Assembly: GCA_011364975.1 (NCBI GenBank)
Contig: RDOE01000002.1
Coordinates: 1-64,000 of the forward strand
Length of the DNA: 64,000 nt
Direction of reading: 5' to 3'
Source: Promethearchaeota archaeon
Lineage (GTDB): Archaea; Asgardarchaeota; Lokiarchaeia; Sigyniarchaeales; SOKP01
Part shown: in pieces, positions 9,488-19,861 of the stretch
Numbering within the stretch: the stretch's first letter is position 1
Layout: every line of letters starts with the position of its first letter
Notes under the pieces: model-generated
Seen by the model: only the letters and a program-made list of their open reading frames with translations
Database searches by the model: none
What the model was told of the DNA's origin: nothing
Position numbers and translations under genes: made by a program

Positions 9488-10471
9488 ATGAAGGAAAGAT
9501 TTAAAGGAAGAAAAAATTACCCGACTGAAGAGATCGACCCCAAAAATTTCTATAAAGATGATAAAGTTAGAGAATTAATACAGAAAAAGGAAGACTTTAA
9601 ATTCAATCAAGAAGATTATTTAAAACTTTATAATTGTGTCCATTGTGGAGAATGTGAAACTGAATTAGAGAGGATTGAACTAAAGCAAAAATTTTTAGAA
9701 GATGGAAACCAAGTGGAAGGCCTTACTGAAATGATAAATTGCTTTGAGAAATATAGAACACCATATCCATCAAATAAAATGCGTATAAGAAAACCAGAAG
9801 AAATTCCTAAAGAATCCGATACCCTTTTTTTTATGGGGTGTCTTTCTACTATACGAATTCCCAGATATACGGAACATGCGCTAGAATATTTATTAAAACA
9901 AAAAGTTGACTTTACTATTTTAGATACAGAAATCTGTTGCGGTTGGCCTTGGTTTGCGAGTGGGTCAAAAAGAGAATTCGAGATTTGTAAAAAAGAAAAT
10001 ATTGAAATTTTTCAAAAATATAATAAGGTAATATGCTTATGTCCTGCATGTTATTTTCTTTTCAACGAATATTATAAACCAGAAATGAAGAATCCCCCAA
10101 ATTTTGTATATATTTCTGATTACTTAAGACCCTCAGAAAAGAAAAAAAAGGGGAAAATTGGAATACAGCATCTTTGTCAATTGAAAAATAGAGGCAGGGA
10201 AGGAGTAGATACATTTGTTAACAGTATATTGGAAAAGAGCGGATATGATGTTAAGAATGTACCTCACTGGTGTTGTGGTGGTGGCTTGGGTTATATGCAT
10301 AGAACCGATATAATTGAAGCGATTGCTCAAAAGAGAATGGAAGATTTTGATGATTCGAATGCTGATTTCGTTACAACCTACTGTCCTTCATGTTGGTGGA
10401 TTTTACAAAGATTCAGTAAGATAAATAAGATTAATCCAAAAGCTAAAGATTTATTCGAGCTACTTTTATAG
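9488..10471 (+). CDS. CCG-domain Fe-S protein (HdrD/GlpC-like), paralog 1
   Basis: CVHCGEC, FMGC, EICCG, CPAC, CCGGG, CPSC. Confidence 0.85.
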   Translation: MKERFKGRKNYPTEEIDPKNFYKDDKVRELIQKKEDFKFNQEDYLKLYNCVHCGECETELERIELKQKFLEDGNQVEGLTEMINCFEKYRTPYPSNKMRIRKPEEIPKESDTLFFMGCLSTIRIPRYTEHALEYLLKQKVDFTILDTEICCGWPWFASGSKREFEICKKENIEIFQKYNKVICLCPACYFLFNEYYKPEMKNPPNFVYISDYLRPSEKKKKGKIGIQHLCQLKNRGREGVDTFVNSILEKSGYDVKNVPHWCCGGGLGYMHRTDIIEAIAQKRMEDFDDSNADFVTTYCPSCWWILQRFSKINKINPKAKDLFELLL

Positions 10472-10480
10472 GTAAAACTC

Positions 10481-11479
10481 ATGAAAGAAGAATACGTATG
10501 TCCTTGTCGCGATATTGATCCCAAGAATTTCCTGGAAAATGAGGAAGTCATAAAACTTTTAGAAACTAAAGAGGAATTTAAATTTACTCAAAAAGATTAC
10601 CTCAAATTGTATAATTGTATTCATTGTAATGATTGTGGGATTTCAGAAGAAAGGTTTATGCTAAAGCAAAAATTTCTTGATGATGGGAATAAAATAGAAG
10701 GCTTAAAGGAAATGATTCAAGTTCTCGAGACATATGGAACCCCATTTAAAATTAATAAAAGCAGGATTAAACCTATTCCAGGTGTTTCAAAACATAGCAG
10801 TACTTTATTATACCTTGGTTGTTTTACAACCGTTAAAACACCTCAATACGGAGTGAATGCGATAAAATATCTTTTAAGTCAAAAGATTAAATTTTGTATC
10901 TTAGAGGAAGAAATATGTTGTGGATATCCTATTTTATGTACTGGATCAATAAATATTTATGAGAAGTTAGTGGATAAAAATCTAAAATTATTTAAGGGAA
11001 GAGGATTTAGCGAGATAATCACAGTATGCCCAAGCTGTTTTATGGTTTTTAAAAAACATTATAGTAAAGAGAATATTAGGATAAGATATTTCACAGAATA
11101 TCTTAAACCTTCAGAAAAGAAAAAATCTGGGAATTTAATCATTCAGCATGCATGTCCTTTAAGAAATGGTGAAATGCCTGGAATTGTAGAATATCTTGAA
11201 AAATTATATAAGGAAAGTGGATATAATGTTATAGATAAAATTCCTACACGTTGTTGTGGATTTGGTGTTGGACATCAATTGCGAATTGATATCTCGGAGG
11301 CAATCGCAGTAAAAAGAATGTTAGACTTTAAAGATGAGGGAGGTTTTTTGGAAGATTTGAAAGAAGGAGAAAATTATATTACAAGTTATTGTCCAGATGC
11401 TTATTGGGTTTTAAAAGCATATGGAAGGAAAAAAAAAGTTAAATTTAAAGTTAAGGATATGTGTGATTTGTTGTTATAA
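10481..11479 (+). CDS. CCG-domain Fe-S protein (HdrD/GlpC-like), paralog 2
   Basis: CIHCNDC, YLGC, EICCG, CPSC, CCGFG; collinear with the upstream paralog. Confidence 0.85.
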   Translation: MKEEYVCPCRDIDPKNFLENEEVIKLLETKEEFKFTQKDYLKLYNCIHCNDCGISEERFMLKQKFLDDGNKIEGLKEMIQVLETYGTPFKINKSRIKPIPGVSKHSSTLLYLGCFTTVKTPQYGVNAIKYLLSQKIKFCILEEEICCGYPILCTGSINIYEKLVDKNLKLFKGRGFSEIITVCPSCFMVFKKHYSKENIRIRYFTEYLKPSEKKKSGNLIIQHACPLRNGEMPGIVEYLEKLYKESGYNVIDKIPTRCCGFGVGHQLRIDISEAIAVKRMLDFKDEGGFLEDLKEGENYITSYCPDAYWVLKAYGRKKKVKFKVKDMCDLLL

Positions 11480-11498
11480 AGATTAATCCTCCGTTCTA

Positions 11499-12068
11499 TT
11501 ATTCAGGAGTCCACATTAGTTTACAATCTTCCCTCTCAGTATCATCCTCGTACATTTGAAACCACTCAAAAATTTCAAGCGCAAAATCGATGAATGCACT
11601 ACCTTTAGCAGTAATAATATTATTATCTTTAACTATTCGTTTTTCTATATAATTATTTCTAGGAAACGGATCAGTCTCTCGTTTTTCTTTATATTCTTCA
11701 GGTGTCATCGTAGTAGTATACTTTTTTGAGCCTAATATCCCTGATTTTGCGAAAAACTCTGGGCCTGCGCAAATTGCTGCTAATAATTTATTCTCATTAT
11801 TAAGTCTAATAATTAATTGTTTTAATTCAGGTTTAAATGGTCTTTCATGGCCTCCAGGAATAATCAATCCTTCTATATTATCAATCTTGATTGCTTCCTT
11901 AACGGTCATATCAGGATGAACTTTCATTCCCGCTCTACTTGAAACAGGAGTCTTCTCATAAGAAATATATGTAAGTTGAAAATTTTCATCTTCATTTATA
12001 TAATAACATGCGAGCGTTATTTCAAAATCAACATAAGTATCATAGAGAAAACAGAGAACTTTTTTCAT
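11499..12068 (-). CDS. DJ-1/PfpI family protein
   Basis: DFE, LIIPGG, AAICAGP, IITAKG. ATG at 12068 preferred over TTG at 12092. Confidence 0.88.
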   Translation of the reverse strand: MKKVLCFLYDTYVDFEITLACYYINEDENFQLTYISYEKTPVSSRAGMKVHPDMTVKEAIKIDNIEGLIIPGGHERPFKPELKQLIIRLNNENKLLAAICAGPEFFAKSGILGSKKYTTTMTPEEYKEKRETDPFPRNNYIEKRIVKDNNIITAKGSAFIDFALEIFEWFQMYEDDTEREDCKLMWTPE

Positions 12069-12263
12069 AACAGTTTGAATTAATGTCACCAAAAAAGTAT
12101 TATTGAATTATACTTAAATATAAGTGAAGTCCAAAAAAGTGGTTTTTTGTTTTCCAAAATATAACGTAACCTTTAATTATATATTTCTATAAAGCATTAC
12201 CCTCCTTTATGTTACTGATTTGATAAATTAATTACAATTATAAACTAAGAAGGTGATAAAATA

Positions 12264-12602
12264 ATGATTTTGGTTCAATGGTCGTGTGAAGTTCCTCAGG
12301 TAAAGCTGGAAAGCTTCCTTATTTATGTTAAAGATAGACTATTACCATTTTATGAATCTTTTGGTTGTTTACGTTATGAACTCTTTTTCCCCATGATAAC
12401 AGATAAAAAATATTTCCCTTATCACATTTCAGAAGATAATAATCGATACACAGAGCAGTTACTATTTAAAGATTTAAAAGATTTTGATAAGTTCTACGAA
12501 AGAATAGAAAACGAACGGGCTGCTCAAGAGATTGTTGGCATGTATACAAAAGAATTCGGGATTAAAAATTGTAATTTTAAGATATTAATGCAAGTGGGTT
12601 AA
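12264..12602 (+). CDS. Hypothetical protein (possible NIPSNAP/dimeric alpha-beta barrel fold)
   Basis: GGTGA RBS upstream; beta-alpha-beta pattern (LLPFYESFG, YTEQLLF). Confidence 0.6.
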   Translation: MILVQWSCEVPQVKLESFLIYVKDRLLPFYESFGCLRYELFFPMITDKKYFPYHISEDNNRYTEQLLFKDLKDFDKFYERIENERAAQEIVGMYTKEFGIKNCNFKILMQVG

Positions 12603-12927
12603 TCAGATTTATAAATTTGATTTTTTCCTACTTTTTCTTGAATTTATAAAGGAATTATTTGGAAGCTTTATTGATTTTAATTATAAGAAAAAGAAGTTAA
12701 ATTTATTTCTTAATTACATCTTTAATTAAGCCAGAAAAAATACCATGAATCAATGCCTTTAATATGATTCTTATCCCTTTTTGAGTATTTAAAACAAGAA
12801 TTTGAATCCCTTAAGATTATTTTTTATTGTATTTATGAGTGAACCAAAAACAATTGAGTTTTTTTATAAATTAAACGAATAAATATTTTAAGATTGAACA
12901 TAAATATTCATAATAGAAGGTGATTAG

Positions 12928-13620
12928 ATGTTATTTTCAGAAAATGAGTTAGCAAATGTTAAAAGAGAAATGAGTAAACTGAAGAATGAAGTGACCTTAA
13001 AACTGTTCACTGATTTTAAAACTCAAGCAGGAGGATCGAAATTACGCAATTGTATGGCTTGCGAAGCCTCTTATGAATTATTGAAAACCTTAACTAATTA
13101 TTCTGAAGGAAAATTGAAGATTGAGGAATTTTCTATTATAGAGAATGAAGAAGAAGCAAAAAAATATGGAGTTTCTAGGATTCCCGCAATATTATTCGTA
13201 GATGAAGAAGGCAAGGAAGTTTTACGCTATTCCACTAATCCAACTGGTGCGGAGTTCGTACCTTTTTTAAATAGTATTCAATATTTCTCAGGTGTGCGGC
13301 CATATTATGCTGATCAAATAATAACTCACTTAAAAAAAATACCTAATTCGAAATCTAAGATATTTATCACCCCTACATGCCCTTATTGCCCTGCTACTGT
13401 CCCTGTATTAACATTGTTCGCGATTGTATCAAAAGGAAAGCTAACTGTAGATGTAATTGACGTTGATTTGAATCCAGATATTGCAATGAAATATCAAGTT
13501 CAAAGTGTGCCCCACACAGTTATTAATGAAAAAGAACACATTTTTGGAATGTTTACTCCTCAAGATTTATTAGATAAACTAACAAAGGGGCAAAGAGATT
13601 TTGGAGGAATGTATGCATAA
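12928..13620 (+). CDS. Protein disulfide oxidoreductase (two thioredoxin folds, AhpF-NTD/PDO-like), copy 1
   Basis: CMAC and CPYC motifs, RIP, SVPHTVIN. Confidence 0.88.
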   Translation: MLFSENELANVKREMSKLKNEVTLKLFTDFKTQAGGSKLRNCMACEASYELLKTLTNYSEGKLKIEEFSIIENEEEAKKYGVSRIPAILFVDEEGKEVLRYSTNPTGAEFVPFLNSIQYFSGVRPYYADQIITHLKKIPNSKSKIFITPTCPYCPATVPVLTLFAIVSKGKLTVDVIDVDLNPDIAMKYQVQSVPHTVINEKEHIFGMFTPQDLLDKLTKGQRDFGGMYA

Positions 13621-13648
13621 CCATATTATATGAGAGGTGATTTAAAAA

Positions 13649-14332
13649 ATGTCTCAAGATGATAGATACCGAGAAATAATAAAACGAGAAATGGCAAAAC
13701 TAACAAAACCAGTTCGGTTAAAAGTTTTTACATCTCAAAGAACAGAAGCAAATGGAAGTAAAATAAAAGCTTGTATGGATTGTGGACAGTTCATGGCATT
13801 GCTTAAAGTTTATGAAGAGAATTCTAATGGAATGTTATTCATCGAAGAATTATCTATCGATAATAACCCCGAATTTGCAAAAACATATGATATTCAACGA
13901 GTTCCAACGATTTTATTCATTGATAATCAAGGTAGGGAATTAATTCGCTATTTAGCAGCACCTCACGGCGGAGAGATTCAACCATTCATTCAAACATTGT
14001 TTACTTTTGCTGGGGCTCCAAATTATTATGAAGCCGCGATTAAGCAGAATCTTAATAGAATCAATAGTGCAACAATTAAAGTAATGATTACCAACTCGTG
14101 TCCTTATTGTCCTCAAGTTGTGACCATTGCCAATCAATTCGCGCTTGCTTCAGGAGGGAAAATAAGAACCATCATTATAGATATTATGGCAAACCCAGAT
14201 ATAGGACAATATTATGATGCTGCAGGTGTTCCTTACACGATTATTAACGATAGAAAACCATTAGTGGGTATGGTAGGTCCGAATGAAATTATGAGGGAAC
14301 TTATAGGGGGAAATATACGGGTTCAGTATTAG
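13649..14332 (+). CDS. Protein disulfide oxidoreductase, copy 2
   Basis: CMDC and CPYC motifs, RVPT, GVPYTIIN. Confidence 0.88.
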   Translation: MSQDDRYREIIKREMAKLTKPVRLKVFTSQRTEANGSKIKACMDCGQFMALLKVYEENSNGMLFIEELSIDNNPEFAKTYDIQRVPTILFIDNQGRELIRYLAAPHGGEIQPFIQTLFTFAGAPNYYEAAIKQNLNRINSATIKVMITNSCPYCPQVVTIANQFALASGGKIRTIIIDIMANPDIGQYYDAAGVPYTIINDRKPLVGMVGPNEIMRELIGGNIRVQY

Positions 14333-14535
14333 CTATTTCAAGAAATTTTCTTTCTACAAAAAATTGTGTTTGGCAAATAATAAACCATAATTTTTATATT
14401 TATAAGCTTTGATTCTGCTTTTTTAAATCTATAATTACTAAATTCGAATATACATTTTTTATGGAAAGAAAAATTAAACATCATAGTAATATTTCAAAAA
14501 TTATTACGTAAATTTAGATGTGAGATTATATCTTC

Positions 14536-15177
14536 ATGCCAGCTTCGTATGTTTTTAAGAGAATGATTAAGGATGAGATGAAAAAACTTTCAAAACCGAT
14601 TAAATTACGAGTGTTTATGGATAACAATGGGGAATCGCAAAAATATGCATATACAATGTCAATATTAAAGGCATATGAAGAGAATTCTAATGGGTTGTTA
14701 ACTATTGAAGAATACACCCTCAAGAATAATGCCGAATTAGCTCAAAAATACAAGGTTGATAGAAGCCCTACTATTCTTTTTATTGATGATGAGGAAAATG
14801 AGCTGATTCGATATTTATCAGCACCCCAAGGAAGTGAAATCCAACCGTTTATTCAAGCGTTATTAATATTCGGGGGAGCTCCAAATTACTATGAGTCCAC
14901 AATTAAAGAGAATTTGGACAATTTATCACCCTCAACGATCAAAATAATGGTGACTAACTCTTGCGCTTATTGTCCTCAGATGGTAAGTATAGTTTCCCAG
15001 TTCGCTCTTGCCTCAGAAGGGAAAATAAAGGTTATAATAATAGATATAATGGAAAACCCTGATCTAGGAGAAGCTTATGACACTTCAAGCGTTCCCTTAA
15101 CTATAATAAATAATGAAAAAATAATAACAGGCATGGTAGGAGCGAATGAAATATTTGATTACTTGTTTTGTAAATAA
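14536..15177 (+). CDS. Protein disulfide oxidoreductase, copy 3 (lacks the N-terminal CxxC)
   Basis: Only CAYC is retained; strongly similar to copy 2 (YEENSNG.L.IEE, IRYL.AP.G.EIQPFIQ). Confidence 0.85.
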   Translation: MPASYVFKRMIKDEMKKLSKPIKLRVFMDNNGESQKYAYTMSILKAYEENSNGLLTIEEYTLKNNAELAQKYKVDRSPTILFIDDEENELIRYLSAPQGSEIQPFIQALLIFGGAPNYYESTIKENLDNLSPSTIKIMVTNSCAYCPQMVSIVSQFALASEGKIKVIIIDIMENPDLGEAYDTSSVPLTIINNEKIITGMVGANEIFDYLFCK

Positions 15178-15359
15178 AAACAATTTATTTTTTTATTATT
15201 CAAAGTTTAAGTCTTAGTCTAAGGATGCTTATCTTATTGGTAAGATTATCAATTTATATCTTCTCAGTTTATTTTATATCCATAAATTCTTAATTTTTAT
15301 AAATTTACTAACTTTTTATTACATTATTAAGAATATTACAAATTTAAAGAAGTTGTTAA

Positions 15360-15905
15360 ATGAAAATTGTAATCCTTCATGGGAGTCCAAGAAAAAATAG
15401 AAATTCAGATACTTTAGCAAAGTATTTTATTAAGGGAATAAATGAAAATAAAAATAACCAAATTAAGCATTTCTATTTAAATGATCTAAACATCAGTCCC
15501 TGTCAAGGATGTTTAAGTTGTGCGACATCCTTAAATCATAGCTGTGTCATTAATGATGATATGCAAGAAATTTACAGATCATATACAGATGCAGATATAA
15601 TTGTATTTGTAACACCTATGTACTGGGGCTACATGACTGCTCAATTAAAAACAGTAATGGATCGAATGGAAGCACTTGCATGGGAGCATTTTTATCATAA
15701 GCATTTTGTTATCATTATTACTTATCGTCACCATTATGAATCAACTGTAGCGTTCTTTAAACGAATAGCACCATTTTTTGATATCAAATTAGACTTTATA
15801 ATATGTCAAACTTATGATCCAGTATCGCAGAAAGACATTCCTATTGAAAATATTAAAGAAAAATTAGAAGATGCATACAAGCTTGGAAAGAAATTATTTT
15901 TTTAA
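15360..15905 (+). CDS. Isf-like flavodoxin-family protein
   Basis: GSPRK, CQGCLSC...C, DDMQ, TPMYWG. Confidence 0.88.
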   Translation: MKIVILHGSPRKNRNSDTLAKYFIKGINENKNNQIKHFYLNDLNISPCQGCLSCATSLNHSCVINDDMQEIYRSYTDADIIVFVTPMYWGYMTAQLKTVMDRMEALAWEHFYHKHFVIIITYRHHYESTVAFFKRIAPFFDIKLDFIICQTYDPVSQKDIPIENIKEKLEDAYKLGKKLFF

Positions 15906-16087
15906 ACTTTATGTCTTTGTGAATTTAAATTTTTAGAAATTATATTTTTAAGGATTTCTTTAATGTTTTGTTATTTATGAAATAATAAAGAAAGGTTTTT
16001 TATTCCTTATTATTTACTAATAGTTTGAATTAGTTTTAGGAATTAATTATTCAATAAAGAATTAAAGATAAAAAGAAGTTTAGAATC

Positions 16088-17032
16088 ATGTTTAATGTTG
16101 ATATGGAAGGGCTGGATTTAGAGAAGAAATATGATCTAATCATTCTAGGTGGAGGTCCAACCGCTATTGGATGTGCAATCTACGCAGCACGATTTGCAAT
16201 GGAGGTACTAGTAATAGGAAAAACATTTGGTGGCTTAATAGCAACCACACATCTGGTAGAAAATTACCCTGCCATAACAAGTACAAGCGGACAAGGATTA
16301 ATGGACATGTTTAAGGAACATATGGACTCACTCAGTATCCCTTATATCTCAGATGAAATACAGAGTATCGAAAAAGGAGAGGTTGATTTTACTTTACATT
16401 CCTTTTTTCAGAAATTTAACGCACATAGTATTTGTATCGCTACTGGTTCAGAACGTAAAAAATTAGGAATTCCCGGTGAGGACCAGTTTCTTGGGCGAGG
16501 TGTTTCTTATTGTGCTACTTGCGATGGCCCTTTTTATAAAGATAGGATCGTATGTGTGATTGGAGGCAGTGATTCAGCGGCTAAGGAAGCTTTGTTTTTG
16601 GCTCAAAACACCAAGAAAGTTTACATCATTTATCGAGGAGAAGATATTAGAGCTGAACCTATTAATAAACAACGAGTGCTTCAAAACGACAAAATTGAGA
16701 TAATTTATAATACTAATGTAGTTGAGATTAAAGGAGAAAATAATGTAAAATCCGTTGTTTTCGAAAATGGTACTCAACTAACGATCGATGGAGTATTTAT
16801 CGAGATTGGATCTATTCCAAACTCAAAACTAGCCAAAAGGATTGGAGTTAAGGTTAATAATAAGGAAGAGATTCTAATTAATCGAAAATCTGAAACCAAC
16901 ATACCGGGTATTTTTGCTGCAGGAGATGTTGCAGATGCTCCCTTTAAACAAGCTATTACGGGTGTTGCTGAAGGCGTTATAGCAGCATACTCTGCATTTG
17001 ATTATATAAAGGGCATGAATATTGATTATTAA
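16088..17032 (+). CDS. trxB: Thioredoxin reductase
   Basis: GGGPTA, GRGVSYCATCDG, GGSDSA, FAAGD. Confidence 0.93.
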   Translation: MFNVDMEGLDLEKKYDLIILGGGPTAIGCAIYAARFAMEVLVIGKTFGGLIATTHLVENYPAITSTSGQGLMDMFKEHMDSLSIPYISDEIQSIEKGEVDFTLHSFFQKFNAHSICIATGSERKKLGIPGEDQFLGRGVSYCATCDGPFYKDRIVCVIGGSDSAAKEALFLAQNTKKVYIIYRGEDIRAEPINKQRVLQNDKIEIIYNTNVVEIKGENNVKSVVFENGTQLTIDGVFIEIGSIPNSKLAKRIGVKVNNKEEILINRKSETNIPGIFAAGDVADAPFKQAITGVAEGVIAAYSAFDYIKGMNIDY

Positions 17033-17064
17033 ATAATAAACAATTAAAAGAAAATAGTAATTAA

Positions 17065-17373
17065 TTATTCTATTTTTACATCTATAGCATCTTCCATGGG
17101 ATCTTTGAAAGGTACGTCTATTTTCAAGATACCATTTTTATAACTGGCTTTTGTCTCTTCAGCTTTTACAGGACAACAAATTGCATATGACCCTACATAA
17201 ACTGTATTATCAGTTTCTCCGCTAATAAAGAAAGAATCTTCATGGATTTTTAACTTAATTTTATCTTTCTCAACACCAGGTAAGGTCACTTCAATATGAT
17301 AAGTATCATGCTCATCATCTGCCCATGCGCATGTCTCTGGAGATCTTATAAATTTTTCTTTTGCTTCAGTCAT
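17065..17373 (-). CDS. Hsp20/alpha-crystallin small heat-shock protein
   Basis: LPGVEKDKIKL and KASYKNGILKI; GGTGA RBS before the ATG at 17373. Confidence 0.88.
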   Translation of the reverse strand: MTEAKEKFIRSPETCAWADDEHDTYHIEVTLPGVEKDKIKLKIHEDSFFISGETDNTVYVGSYAICCPVKAEETKASYKNGILKIDVPFKDPMEDAIDVKIE

Positions 17374-17562
17374 TAATATCACCTTCGTTTTTCTTTTTCA
17401 TTAAACTATTCAAAACAAAACAGATGAATAGAAGTATTAAAAATTAGCATAATAAATTAGAACAAAAAACAGGAAATTCCTTTCCTTTATGAATACTTAT
17501 GAGATTTTGTTTTTAATTTATAAATTATTGAAATAAAATCGATTTTTCTCTAAAAGTAAATA

Positions 17563-18231
17563 TTAAAAATCACAGAGTGGAATATTTCCTCTATAATAAA
17601 TTGTTTCTCCATCAAAACTTATTCTTATAGCAAAAATTTTAATATTTTTCTCCTTCGCTTCTGATAATGCTTTAAAAAATTTAGGATCTGTTTCATAATT
17701 CGGTTTTAAACAGCTTGCTTCACGAAATATTAGAAATAGAAGCATTCCATTGTACTTAATTATTTCTCTTACATGTCTAGTTCCTCTTTCAGTTGGAGCA
17801 TCTGGGAACAAAGCTAACCCATCTTCAACTAAAGTGACTCCTTTAACTTCAAGATATCTACCATCTAACATGAAATCAATTCTACTTTTTCCTAATGGAA
17901 CCTCCCTCCTAATATCTTGCACCTTAGAAAATTCTGTTAGATATTGAAAAACTAAAGAAGCAATTTTAGAATGGAGGGATGTATCGATAATTACCCATTC
18001 ATTTTTGGCTTTTACAGCTTTAACATAATAATCTAATTTTCCCTTAGATTCAGCAAATAAAATTTCACTTCCTTTAATCAATAATTCTGTCAATCGTCCC
18101 GGATCATGTATGTGAGCAAGTTTCACAACCTTGTTATATTCAATTTCACTTACAAAGCGATTCGGTCTAGATAAAAATTTTCCTTTTCTTAAGTTCTCTA
18201 ATTTAAAGAGTGTAATTTTTAGATCTGCCAT
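17563..18231 (-). CDS. sfsA: SfsA family nuclease
   Basis: RPNRF, HDPGRL.EL, SRIDF, EVKGVTL, FPDAPTERG.RH. Confidence 0.93.
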   Translation of the reverse strand: MADLKITLFKLENLRKGKFLSRPNRFVSEIEYNKVVKLAHIHDPGRLTELLIKGSEILFAESKGKLDYYVKAVKAKNEWVIIDTSLHSKIASLVFQYLTEFSKVQDIRREVPLGKSRIDFMLDGRYLEVKGVTLVEDGLALFPDAPTERGTRHVREIIKYNGMLLFLIFREASCLKPNYETDPKFFKALSEAKEKNIKIFAIRISFDGETIYYRGNIPLCDF

Positions 18232-18347
18232 TTTTAGCTTTCAATAATTAATCTATTTAATAAGCATTATTAGGATACGATTTAATAATATTTTGTTATA
18301 TATTATAAACTAAAGAGATAAAATTTACTCTAAATATAGTTATATTG

Positions 18348-18587
18348 ATGAGCAACGCCGAGGAACAAAAAAATATCGCGAATTATAAGTTCCATCATAT
18401 TGATCTTGATAAGTGCAAAATTTGTAAGGACTTTTCTTGTGAAAATGCATGTTTTAGGGGCATATATGAGGTTATTGATAAGGAAAGTATGCCAAAATGC
18501 ACTGTTATAGAAGATCGAGAAGATAGATGTGTAAAATGCCATATTTGCACGACTTTATGTAAATTACGTGCAATTTTAATCGATTAG
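18348..18587 (+). CDS. Ferredoxin (2x4Fe-4S-like)
   Basis: CKICKDFSCENAC and CVKCHICTTLC. Confidence 0.85.
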   Translation: MSNAEEQKNIANYKFHHIDLDKCKICKDFSCENACFRGIYEVIDKESMPKCTVIEDREDRCVKCHICTTLCKLRAILID

Positions 18588-18741
18588 TTTAAATATTTCT
18601 CCTTAAGTGACTTAATTGTTGACATATTTTATAAATCAGACTTTTTGATAAAAAGTAACGCTTTTCTATCTGAACTTATAAAATATAAATTATTTACATT
18701 ATTAATCATATATAGACTAATTACATAATTTGTGAACTTTT

Positions 18742-19281
18742 ATGATATCAGAAAAGTTAAAGCTAGATGATATTGATCGTCAGATAATTTCTTTAGTACA
18801 AGAGGACCCTAGTTTAACCCATACTCAGATTGCTGAAAAAATAAATCGCTCGCAACCTACTGTTGGAATGAGAATAAAAAAGTTGGAAAAAGAGGGAATT
18901 CTGCAATTTCAACCAGGCATTAATTTTAAAAAAGTTGAGTTGAATTTAGCTACTGTTGAAGTGAAATGCACTAATCCCGATGAAATTATGGAAATGGCCT
19001 CTTGTTGCCCTTTCATGCTTAATGCATTCCGATTAAGCGGAGAACATAATATATGTATTCTTCTTGCAAGTTCAAAATTGAATAAACTGGATGCTATAGT
19101 AAATTATCATTTCCGCAAAAATCCAGAAGTATCTTCTGTTTCTATGGAGATCGTCACTGATATTGCCAGGGATTTTATTTTACCTATCGATTTTGACAGC
19201 GAAAATCATGAACCTAATGAAGAAGAAGGATGCGGAGAGAAGTGTAAGTTTAAGATTGCTAAAAAGAAAGGAGAAATTTAG
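18742..19281 (+). CDS. Lrp/AsnC family regulator
   Basis: LDDIDRQII, IAEKINRSQPTVGMRIKKL, RAM domain SGEHNI. Confidence 0.9.
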   Translation: MISEKLKLDDIDRQIISLVQEDPSLTHTQIAEKINRSQPTVGMRIKKLEKEGILQFQPGINFKKVELNLATVEVKCTNPDEIMEMASCCPFMLNAFRLSGEHNICILLASSKLNKLDAIVNYHFRKNPEVSSVSMEIVTDIARDFILPIDFDSENHEPNEEEGCGEKCKFKIAKKKGEI

Positions 19282-19285
19282 ATTT

Positions 19286-19861
19286 TTACTCTGCTTCCTC
19301 TTCTTTTTCTTTCTCAAATTTATATTTTGGTAGATTTACATTGAGATTGCAATCTGCACCACAACTATTTGAGTGATAATCAAACTTTTCAATTTCAAAA
19401 TCGATTGGTACAACAAAATCATGCACAGATTCAATCAAAATATTAGTTTTAACATTAATTACGTTAGGATCTTTTCTAAAACATAAATCTACCAATTTTT
19501 CAATAGTTTGGAGATCTGAAGCAGCAATAAAACAAAGTAAATTAAATTCACCGGAAATCTTAAAAGCATGATTTATAAAGGGACAATGAATTATTTTCTC
19601 AACAATACTTTCCACATCCTTGGTTGATATAAAGACAATCGCAACCTTAATATCTACTTTTTTAATATTAAATCCTACTTGTTTCGTAAGAAGGCTCTTT
19701 CGTTCAAGTTTAATGATTCGTGCCCCTACTGCGGGTTGAGATTTCTCTATTTCGTGTGCTATGTCTGAATGCGTTATATTTGGATTTTTTTCAATCATTT
19801 CTATTATTTTGTAATCATCATCGTCAATACCTAAAATTTCCTTAAAAGTTTTTTTAATCAT
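19286..19861 (-). CDS. Lrp/AsnC family regulator (paralog, convergent)
   Basis: IDDDDYKII, IAHEIEKSQPAVGARIIKL, SGEFNL. Confidence 0.9.
   Translation of the reverse strand: MIKKTFKEILGIDDDDYKIIEMIEKNPNITHSDIAHEIEKSQPAVGARIIKLERKSLLTKQVGFNIKKVDIKVAIVFISTKDVESIVEKIIHCPFINHAFKISGEFNLLCFIAASDLQTIEKLVDLCFRKDPNVINVKTNILIESVHDFVVPIDFEIEKFDYHSNSCGADCNLNVNLPKYKFEKEKEEEAE

Noticed and set aside
9488-17032. Selenoproteins among the redox genes
   Set aside because: The ORFs are uninterrupted and end in TAA/TAG; no in-frame TGA sits at a Cys-motif position.
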